Translations under genes and position numbers: made by a program
Shown here: positions 48,156 to 58,765 of the stretch, piece after piece
Numbering within the stretch: the first letter of the stretch is position 1
Layout of the letters: every line of letters starts with the position of its first letter
Source: Pecten maximus
Taxonomy: Eukaryota
DNA length: 64,000 nucleotides
Direction of reading: 5' to 3'
Assembly (NCBI RefSeq): GCF_902652985.1
Contig: NC_047017.1
Coordinates: 5,518,001 to 5,582,000, forward strand
Notes under the pieces: model-generated
Told to the model about the DNA's origin: nothing
The model's input: only the letters and a program-made list of their open reading frames with translations
Database searches by the model: none

Positions 48156-51100
48156 TCGAAGAAAATGTGGGACTATATAGGTAAACATTGTAAAATTCAC
48201 GGATGTGTATCTTGAGGTTGTGTTTTATTGACAATGTAACACTGATGCCTAGGGATCTTGGGGTCTTTGTATAAGGAACGTTTGGGTTGTCCATTATGTG
48301 TTTTGCCTAATTTTTTTGAGGCCAGTTAACTAGAAATGATAGTTGGATTTCTTTCTTTGTTTTTGTTAATCTGAATTATTTGAATACTTTTTCTTCCCTT
48401 AGTTTTTCTGAACCAAAAGAAGGGGGACTATTTTTCTATCATAATATATGGTCATGTTTGAAGTATTATAGAGTGCCTGAATACATTGAATTTTACTTGG
48501 GTTATCTATAATCACTTATAGTTTATTCCCTACACATAAGTGGTAGACTATTTGCTTATGTCTCATCTTAAGTTTTAAAAAAATTGAGATAAATATTTCA
48601 AATATATTTATGACAAGATATTGTATGACACAATTTTGACACCCTTATAATTAATATTTTTTACGTTCAAACTTAGGTGTACATATAGAAATAATATACC
48701 TAAATAAATGTGGAAATTCTTAACAAATATCTATGGCAATGTCAAGAAGATAGATCATTTCAACATTCCAAACGTTCACAATATTGACTGGCTAATCCAA
48801 TGGCCTTTCTTTCAAAAAATAATATTGTATTGTCTAATATCACACTGATGTTCCTCCTATAGAGAAATGTACTGCAGGCAGTATTATTTGTGAAGTTTTA
48901 TAGCTTAGATTGTTTAAGTAGTTTAGATTTGTTAATTAGATTTAGATTTATGCACGATAAAAGTTTAAAATGACATTGTTAAATTGTTTCAATAAGTCAG
49001 TACTTTACAATTTTCTAGGGATGCTGAGTTTTTTTGGAGGATATTTGTAGTGTAAACCGTTTTGCTTTGTTTAAATTGTCAGATTTTTATCAAATTCCTT
49101 TAAAACATATATTTTCCTTGTTCTGACCATTTCTGAGATAAGTAACTTCTAGAAAGATCTTTCTCAAACTTTGAACATAGGTCATAGGTAAAATTGTCTT
49201 TGCACCTAGTTGTGCAACATCGCTTTTGTTTGTAGATAATTTTGCCAGCAGATAACCTAGTTTGACTTTGTGTTTATGGTTTGTTGTTGCTAAAGAATCT
49301 TTCTGAATCTGTACACACATATGTACACGTTCCATTATTAATTGGGACCTAGTTATTTAATCATTCAAGGTCACTTTTCACATTTGGTAACTTTAGAAAA
49401 AAATGACCACTTGTTGACCAATATTGATTTTAATAGTCCAAGTTTGTAAGGTTTGCCATCTTGCCAAAGTTTGAATATTTTAATAAATTAATATGTTGTT
49501 TTGATTTATAAAGTTACAATGATTACAGTCAGTTGACATTGCTTGACAATCAAAAATTCAAGGTTAAGGTCAAATTTGAAATATCTTTAATGGTATATAT
49601 TTGATCATGACATAATGAAGTTAAGTTGATCAGCATTAAAGTCAGGTGTTGAAGGTCAAAGTTAAAGGTTCAAAGGTCAAGGTAAAAAATTTCATCTCTT
49701 AAAATGATTTATGAAGGAAAGTTGATAAAAAGATTGGAATATTACTGCAAGTCATTTGTGCTTGCAGGTCAATAAAGTTCAAAGGAATCAAAGAAAGTAA
49801 TTATAAGTGAGCAAAGTTCAAGTCACCAAATTGAAGGTTTATTGTTTTTCCTAATGGTAAAGGATCTCTCTTCCCAATTGTAATTACACAAGTGGTTGGA
49901 GCTAAGATCTCTTTGGGATCTTCTATTCATTTGAGAACAGAATTTTGTTCAACAAAGACACCCAGTGGTGTACTTTCCATTTGTTTTAAAACTGATTAAT
50001 GATATATATGCATTGTTTTGAGCATGTCTGCAATTAATCAGCAGCTGTCATGAACAGAATCTATTGTTTAAGCCGGGAGCTTATTTCTTTAGTATGCATA
50101 GCCATCTTGACATTGATACAAAAATGTACACGATATGTTGAGAAATTGTGTTGGAATGAAAGTGAAATGTTTCCTTGTTGTGTGTCAATAAAGTGGGAAA
50201 TTCATTTGGTGTAGTTTATCTTTTATGTAATGGTAAATCTTTAATTTGTATGTGATATGACATTCTCACATATGAAGACAATGTCCATGAAAACTGAAGA
50301 AGGCTGTATATTACCATCACTCTGAAATGCTGATTGACAAGATAGTGTGCACGTGACACTCCACTCTTATTAAACTGACAATGCCTAACCTGATTTGAAC
50401 GAAATACATCCACATGCTAATGGCAAAAGAACTGCGAATATTTTGTGATTTGTTTTCATGATTCCTGGTTGTCTCGATCAGTTTCATTTGGCCGTGACAT
50501 TGACTTGGACATTTTGATACCAGACAGACAACTATCTGTGAGAATGTCGAAGTCTGGTATCAGGGTCAGAGGAAACTCGGGCTAGATTCCTGGAGGATGC
50601 CTTAAGGTTAAGGGCCTAATTCTTAATGGAATGAATATAAAGCCTGGACATAGTTGCTCACACACCCTACAACTTGCTACATATAATGCTAAATGCGTAA
50701 CAATACAGGTCATTATTATATTATTATAACGTCCTCAAGGAATTAACAAGTGAAGATAAAATTATGTGTACAAGATATTAAAGCTATGACAAATGTCAAA
50801 CTAGACCATAATTGAAATGAAAAGTTTGTCTGAAATCTTATTTGTGAGCCTTCCAACCGATTTAGTAGATCTCTTTATGAGCTGCTGCTTACTTTCTTTT
50901 TTACCGTCCCCGTGATAAGTCGGCTGTATGTGGGTCACCAAATGACATCCTTGCTTTACCAACTTCATTAAAGATCTGATTATCCTTAATCTCCATACAC
51001 TTACTAACAACCATCAAGTCTTTTTGAGGTTGTATTTCAACTGTTACTCTAATATATTTTGACGTCATCTTTACTCCACCTTTTATTGTTTTTTTTTTGT

Positions 51101-52432
51101 CCTGAAATTTCAAACACTAAAAGCCATCAACTCTTTTATGATTTGGCATTTCAACCACCTAGGGTCAAAATTTAGGTCACTGTTTCTATGAATATATTTT
51201 TGACATCCTCACTCCACCGACTTCATTGTGCATCGTAATCATTCTGTGGTAAGTCCATCCCCAAGTTTCCCGTAAGAAGTTACCGTTATGCATTGATCGT
51301 GTTGGTTATTAGAGGATGAATATAACATCAAATATTAGTAACAATTTATTCCATTAAAAGTTAAATCTGGTGGATATTTCTGTCAATCAAAAATCAGTTT
51401 TTGGTGTGAGAAGCCAGGATTTATATCGTCTGTAATGTCTTGTTTCTTTTAAGAATTAGAGCTGTAAATACAGTTCCTCCCTAACTTTATTGCTGAGTCA
51501 GGCATTAGTTTTAACAGTGTCTGAATAAGTTCAAAATGTCTGGAATAATATCTAATAATACTAATTGTAGGACTGTTTTTGTTTGTTTTTCAATTTGTTA
51601 ACAAGCGCTGCATATGTAGTATGTTTAGACACAATTAATCTGTGGGAAAAGGAACAACACAAGATAAATATATCAATAACCAATTGTATCCAATTTTAAT
51701 ACCCAGGGTGAATGAAATAAATTGAACCTACATTTAATATTTAATTGGAATATAATGAGCCACACTGAAACAGTAATAACAGAGTACAGCAATTCTACAT
51801 GGCAAGGTTTCTCAGAATCTGCTACAAACATTACACATATTACTCCTAGATTCTCATTTAACTCCATTGAGTATTGGGTCAAAGCATCACCAATAGTTCA
51901 ATTACTATATTAGTCTAGCTGCACATGGAACCTAGATCATGTTAGCACAGTCAATAAACTTTACACAGACTATTCAATGAATTAATGCACACTCTTAACA
52001 GTTTCTCTCAGAATGAAGGTAAACAAATATGATTTGCTTTTTATCACTAAATTGTTTTTAGTGCAGGAATAGGCTCCTACATTCCTTCTTTGTCCATTAA
52101 GCCACTTACTAGTAATCATACAACTAAGTAAAAATCACCATGAAAACATTTCAAATTTCAACAAATGTATAAAAATAAGCTGTAAAAGAGTTCATCACAG
52201 GCATAGCAATAAGCAAGTCAAGTTTTTTTTTCTGCGGACATTTTACACCCGACAATTTGATTTTAACAGAACATTTGATTACTTTATAAGAGATATCAAA
52301 TTATCACAAAAATACAAGTTGTCTGTCTCTTCATATAAGATCCCACTCTAAATTGTTTCAAAAGTTCCTCTTTGACGGTTTAATCACTTCAACATATTAA
52401 CAAATGAGTTTACCATTCGATTAAGTTGATGT

Positions 52433-55400
52433 CTAGAAGTATTTGACATTCTTTTTGGTCTTTCGCTGGCTCTGCAAAGAAATAGAATGAAACGCACTGC
52501 ATTAATCAAACATTGCTATTTAATAAACTGATATCAGCAACGTATGACTTAACTGTGATGACAACAGTATTTGCATTGAACAAAATTGCTCAAAATATGG
52601 TCCTTTGACAGAAATGTTTAGCTTATTTTCCCCCAAATTCCCATCATACACCACAATTTTTCCCCCTCAATTTTACCCATATATGGAAATGTCCCATATT
52701 TACCAGGAAAACACTGTACTGGTATCACAGAGAAAAAAAATGTTACAGCTTGTACATCTACATACCCTGTGATCATTATAATACATACCCGCCTCAGACC
52801 AATGGGCTGCTTATTGAAAGACTCCTTTCTTTTTTGCCTCATCTTTCTATCTCTTTCTTTCTTTTGTCTCTTGTAAACTAAAGACTCTTCATAATTCACA
52901 GGTTTTGCTCGTCTGCATTTTCTCTTTGTATTCAGCTTATCTGGAGTGTTCTGAAATGTGACATTACAGTAAATTGTCTTTACTAGCCCACCTAATTATT
53001 TTCTTTCCTTGTTTTTGACAAAATATCAAGAAGACTTTTTATTATAAAATCTCATTTTGAGACTGCAAAAAAAAAAAAAAATTAGTATTTTGAATGTTTT
53101 AATTTGATCAGAGAATATCTCTGTTCATAATATTCTCAATAAAAAAATTAAAAGAATAAGAATGAAGAGCATCCAGCTATAAAACAGATCAAGTTATTAT
53201 ATCATGTATGTTCTTTTAAAATTCCAATACGTTTTAATTTTGTGTAACTAACTTGCTGTGAGACTTGTGCTATGGTGGTGATGGTATTGGTTGTAGAATA
53301 GTCTTCTGCAATGTCCAAAAGGTAATCAGCCACATTGAGATCACTCAGCGTCACATCTGTATATCTGTGTAGCTCTTTATCTACCGACTCCACAGGCTTA
53401 GTGTCATCATCTGTAACCACACAAGTTATTCATCATAACCCAACACGACTGATAGACATTAAAATTGTATAGACCGTATTCAACCCATTAAATGCACCTA
53501 CCACACCCTTTTTAAGAAAAGAAGATATACCAGCTGATATAAGCTAATCCAGGGATTTTCCTACAATTTTTCAACTGGGTCCAGGGTCCATTGAATCGGG
53601 AATTTCTACGCAACACAATGTGACATTGGTAAAAACAAAAAATAGTGTAATTCTTAGAAATTTTAGTTTTTCTTTGATGAATATTGCCTTTATATTATTT
53701 TTGATTTCATTTTGTTAACTATAGCTGTTTTTTATTTTTCAAAGGAACCTTAATATAGGTCTTTGTATATAAAACTTACTTAATCATTCAAAAGTGACTT
53801 CAAATTGTGAATATTTCCGTGGCTATTTGGGAATTTTCACAAGATTTTTTTTAGGGGAATGGGTCCTTTTAACGGACCCTGTTTCTATTGTAGAAAAATA
53901 CCTGTAATCAAAACATATAAAGTTCCTTACCTCACTGATCTGCCAATACGATCTTCAGTCTTTATCCAAAGACTCTGGATTGTTTTCACAAAAGTATGTA
54001 AATAAAAAAAAAAGCTATTTTTCCACCCAGATTTCAAGCAAAAACTTTTCCCTGTATGATCATTTGAAGATTTTAACACATTTGAACCCTATCACCTTGG
54101 AAGTATACCAAGATCTTTCATTTAAACCAACTTGTAGCTCTTCATCCCATCCCAGCATACTAATGACCAAATAGCATATGACCCTAAACCTTTTAGTTAT
54201 TGAGAAGAAGTTCCTTAAAAGGACAGGTTGATGCCATACAAACAACAGCAGGATTGCCAAATAATGGATGTACCACAGCACAAGCTCACTTGCTCTTCAT
54301 ACATCATTCAAATTAGTTTTTATGATTAGGAGATCAGAAAATCTTACCAATCATTTGAAGAATATCAAGTGGAAAGATATCTTGATTTCCAGATTTCACC
54401 TCAAATACATTTAATGGATCATTCAACAGAGGAGTCAGGGGTATATCAAAAGTTTGTACAGATGGCCTGCAAAATAAGAAAATATCAATTGTAGTTTATA
54501 AGACAATACATGCAAATTAATAATTATGCACCTAAATGTATGTACATATTATGTATCTATAGTGTTAGGGATTGCTTTATACTGATGTTTAATCATCACA
54601 GTTTTTCTAATGATAAGTCCAATGGTATATAAAGTATATATCAACATATAACTATTTTCAAAACTTATTTCAATGTTGTTCAGTCGTGTAAAATAAACAT
54701 AAATATGAAATTATTAATTTAGTTTCTTTTTTAAATTTTAGGCTCCTCTAAAATTATTGACATTTACTTGAAAACTATCACTTTGTTGGAGGTTACAGTA
54801 CAATCTAGAATTATATCTATGATTGTAGATTATCTACATAGTAGTTTATAACATTAATGAAGAAAAAAGTTGACAAAATGAAAATTTCAATTTGAAATCT
54901 TCCATAAACATGAAATCTATGTTTTATCAAAGACGTATCTATGTAAATCTGCATACTTACCAATTCACATTCCTATTCAACAGGCTTGGTGTCTGATATG
55001 GCATTTGATGTGATTGGTTGAAGTTGATTTTTGGAGTTGAAGGTTGACTGTAGCTCATGTTAATCAATTTGACGTTCTTTATTCTAGGTGTTTGTAATAA
55101 TGATCTGGTGTATTTACGGAACCCTTGACCATCTGATTCTGATGAATTGAATGTACACATAACAGGATCAAAGCGCTTAATAGCTGGGGATCGATTCGTG
55201 TAAACAGGTGATGAACCGTTTGGTGAAGCTGGCTTTTTGAAAGTCTGACAGAGAGGTGTTCTTGGCATAAATGTAGCAAGCTGCTGAGTATTTTTCTTTG
55301 ATTGAGAATCTAGTCTTCTCATTATTTGAGCACGTTTCTTTTTCATTTCGATTTCGTATATTTCCTGAAAAAAAAACAACAAAAAACATACATATATGCC

Positions 55401-55903
55401 CTATATTATACTCTACATTCCTTATAAATGAGAAGGTAGACTCACATTTTTAAATTGCAATAGGCCTATGCACTGCTAAAAGAATTCATTGCTTGTAAAT
55501 TAGATTCTACTTATATCTAAACACGAATTAATAGACTATTAAAAATAATCAATCTAATTAATATCATGTAACGTAGTGATGACCATCCGATTTTAATTAG
55601 ATTGAAAAATAATGAATATAGACCTTCAAGGATCAAGCCATTCAGAACTTTTGTTTCTTTTACAATCTTCATGTTGCAGTGTAAAACGAATGCCATATGC
55701 CTACTGCACAGTGCCCAACAAGGTAACAGATCGTCTCCGTGTCTAGATTTACAGGTTCAGTTTTGGCACGGAGGATGGTGGGTTCTAGAGAAATATAATT
55801 TTGATTTTACCTGAAACGCATTATCAATATCCTTCCCAGTGAATGATTCCAAATCATTATTTGAAAGGGTATTTAAGTAATACTTCGGAGGATGTGTCTT
55901 CAT
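52433..55903 (-). CDS. Uncharacterised 324-aa S/T-P-rich protein with a basic C-terminus. Exons 55903-55811, 55364-54961, 54466-54348, 53410-53253, 52950-52789, 52471-52433
   Basis: Six GT-AG exons join in phase (975 nt) from MKTHPPKYYLN to KRKCRRAKPVNYEESLVYKR...GLRRSQRKTKKNVKYF*. I do not recognise the family. Confidence 0.75.
53550..53904. mobile_element. MITE with CAGG(G) termini and a perfect 5-bp TSD
   Basis: TIRs CAGGGATTTTCCTACAAT / ATTGTAGAAAAATACCTG. TAATC is at 53545-53549 and 53905-53909. Confidence 0.8.
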
Positions 55904-56600
55904 TTTATAAACATCAACAAGTTGGTCGTCTGCCTGACAATAGGGATTGCACTTCCGGTAAACGAAAGAAACGATTGCGGGAATATTTGAAAACATTATT
56001 TTCGAATATTGAGAAAGGGTGCTGATTTTACAGTTTTAATAAAATTATAAAATGGCATTGAAAATGATAAAGTCATAGATACTGTTCAGTGCAGCATGCC
56101 TTCATTATATTACAGTTTAGTATTCTTCAAAAGAGAAACATGCAACGTAGAACCGTTTTTGAAATAGACGGTGTATTAATGACCCCTTAGTTAAAATGAA
56201 AAATATTTATGTATGTTAAAACATATAACTAGCCTATGATATACATGTATTTGTCGCTACATATTTATTTTAAGGTTCGCCGTTGAACAGGTGCGTGGCA
56301 GAAGGAAATTTGTCCGGTGTTGGTTTTATTTTTATTGACAGATTATCAACTTCCGGTTTATCTACTGAGGTAGTTTTGCTTTTGGTTTCACAAGGAAAAC
56401 TTCACTGGTATTCGGTCTGTTGACTTCCTGGAGCATTTGAATTGACATTGACTGTTTAGTCAAACATTTTGATTCCGTAAAAATTTCAGGAAAAATCTTA
56501 CTTTGTTACAATATTCTTTTCCTTTCAAACGCTAACGACATTGACAGAAGCTCAGACCGGGCTATTTCGCCACAAAATTCGTTCGCCTCAAAAACAAGAG
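55904..56600. promoter_or_regulatory. Probable bidirectional promoter (unknown gene / TMEM260) with ETS sites and an E2F-CHR-like pair
   Basis: ACTTCCGG at 55951 and 56349. GCGGG-AATA-TTTGAA at 55977-55991. A possible 5' exon donor (AAGA|GTAATT) lies near 56600. Confidence 0.5.
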
Positions 56601-57152
56601 TAATTTTTATTGAGATTAGCACAGTTTGATATCATGATGGTTATACTTATAAATTGAGAATCATTACTTTGAAAGATTTGTTAAGCTTTGTATTTGTCGT
56701 AAATATATATTATTTGGTAATTACTATGTACATTTTTTAGGTCGAAATGACCTGTAATATTTCGTCCATATATCGTTATAGGCTAGCTATTGTCTGTATA
56801 CATTGCTGTAGATTTTTCAAATAAAGATAGATGAAGAGGGTAAGGTTGGCACGTTTTCAAGACAATGTAATGTATATCATCTTAACTTTTTTGATATATA
56901 AATCAGGACAATTTAATTTATGTTGTCATTTTCTGGATTTCTATAAAATTTAGGTAACTAATAGCTAAATATTTTACAGCACAACTATACAAAGACAATA
57001 AATGAAACCCCAAAAGCAGAAAAATGCAAAAGTACAAAAAAGGAATACTTTTGGACATATTCATGGAAAGAGCGAGAAGGATAACATGCAGTCTGATACA
57101 GATCACAGGTATTTTCACACAAAACAATCATACAATTGTATATATTTACTGA

Positions 57153-57598
57153 TGTTAAAGTTCAAGGAGCAGTAGTGTGCAGCCAGCCGGAATCGAACCC
57201 GCGACCCTCGGCTTACTGGTCCACCGCTCTACCGACTGAGCTAAAGGGAAATTCCCCCTAGCCAGAAGCTAGAAGTCGACCATACAACTATGTACAGTAT
57301 TTACAATTAAAACCCGGCCTGCTACACTACTTCCTCCTTCAAACGTGTTCGCCTCGAACACACCAACCCAGGTTCTCTCTCCAAGGAAGCCTCTTGCTTT
57401 CACTTGGAGTGGTCTGCGGCACCAAGATAAAGTTCAAGGAGTATTAGTGTGCAGCCAGCCGGGATCGAACCCGCGACCCTCGGCTTACAGGTCCGTCGCT
57501 CTACCGACTGATCTAAAGGGAAATTCCCCCTAGTCAGAAGCTAGAAGGCGACCATAAAACTATGTACAGTATTTACAATTAAAACCTGGCTTGCTACA
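57153..57598 (-). mobile_element. Complete TRIM-like miniature LTR retrotransposon (446 bp) with tRNA-derived LTRs
   Basis: Two 174-bp direct repeats (57153-57326 and 57425-57598), outer TG...CA ends and a 4-bp TSD CTGA. On the minus strand the PBS TGGTGCCG follows the 5' LTR and the PPT AAGGAGGAAGTAG precedes the 3' LTR. Each LTR has an A-box-like (TAGCTCAGTCGG / TAGATCAGTCGG) and a B-box (GGTTCGAT(T/C)CC) sequence. Confidence 0.88.
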
Positions 57599-57659
57599 CT
57601 GATAACATATCATAATTTTCTGATGGGTATAAAGGACAATGTCTAAGATATAATACATA

Positions 57660-58108
57660 GTATTGGAACTGGAACTGGACTAGATCGATCATCGGCGACC
57701 AGGTAGCTTAGTTGGTAGAGTGTCCGTCTAGAGTTTGTAGGGCCCAAGCCCATGATTTCTCTGGCCCTGTGACCATGGTGACTGGGCCAGAGAAATCTTA
57801 GCTAGGAGGGCCCCAGGTTCAAACCCTGGTCTTTCTGCTACATTTTCTTCTTCTCCTGTTACATAATGGGTGTACATGTGCTTGCCAACACTTGTTTGAA
57901 GTATTAGGAGTATGCTTAGCAAGGGGATACCTTAAATTGTGGTCTTCAAGTTGAAGTCTTGAAAAAGGAGGAAGGAATGTAGCAAAACTGAACTAAGTTG
58001 ATCAACGGCGACCAGATAGCTCAGTTGATAGGTTGCCTGTCTAGAGTTCAGAGGGTCCCAGGTTCAAACCCTGGTCTGGCTGCTACATTTTCTCTTTCTC
58101 CTGTTATG
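57660..58108 (+). mobile_element. Second, older TRIM-like element of a different family with tRNA-derived LTRs
   Basis: Direct repeats at about 57660-57863 and 57978-58108 (GGCGACCAG.TAGCT.AGTTG...GGTTCAAACCCTGGTCT..CTGCTACATTTTCT..TCTCCTGTTA). The PPT AAAAAGGAGGAAGGAA lies right before TGTAGC. The PBS, TSD and left boundary are degenerate. Confidence 0.7.
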
Positions 58109-58765
58109 CAAACATGTATGTATTGGATTTGGACAAAGTCAGATCAGTGAAACTCCCCATAATCAGTGAAGAGCCTATATCAAGGTAATGTAATTGATTA
58201 GTTGATATTTAAAAAAAAAAATGCTTCAAAGGTTTCAGTTCAGAGATCAATCCAGGATGTAGGGAAACAGCTGGGGTTCCCTAAATGCAACACCTTGGTG
58301 GGGAGTACTTGTCCCAGGGGTGCAAAGCTCTTTTGGCCGAAAAGGATTTTAAACTGTTTAGCTCTCCTGATAACTTTGGAAGTATGAAAGCTTCTTTTCA
58401 AAGAGTCAATTAACAAGGTCCTAAATTTTCTGATGAATTAAAAGAAACAACAATAAAAATGGTGAAATATAAGAAAGTAATTTGAAAAGGGTGAAATTCA
58501 AAGAAAAAAACTATTATTAAGGTATTCTTTACAGCCACATGAAGAGCCATGAGGCTCATTTTGAGACAGAGTCTCATTGTAGTAGCTGGAGGAATCTAAT
58601 GTAGTATACATTGTATGATTTGCTCTACTGACTGAGTGATCATGGTTCCCATCAATAATACTCTTAAATCACTATGTTATGCAGAGTATTGCAGGTGTTG
58701 CAGTTGAATTTTCAGAGATAACATCCCATAAGAATTTTTCTTTACTTGATCTTTTCAGGAGTGAC

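Noticed and set aside
52433-52950. Assigning the orphan gene to sororin, shugoshin or CENP-C
   Set aside because: Only short motifs match. I see no sororin C-terminal domain or FGF motif, no long N-terminal shugoshin coiled coil and no CENP-C cupin.
53931-53974. Extra 44-nt minus-strand exon (CAG...GAG|GTAAG) in the orphan gene
   Set aside because: It has an in-phase TGA and a length that is not a multiple of 3, and the flanking exons join without it. At most it is a poison exon, with no supporting evidence.
57178-57250. Functional tRNA genes (also ~8625-8700, ~57450-57520, ~57700-57830, ~58010-58080)
   Set aside because: A/B boxes are present but the acceptor and anticodon stems do not pair, and all lie inside LTR-like repeats.
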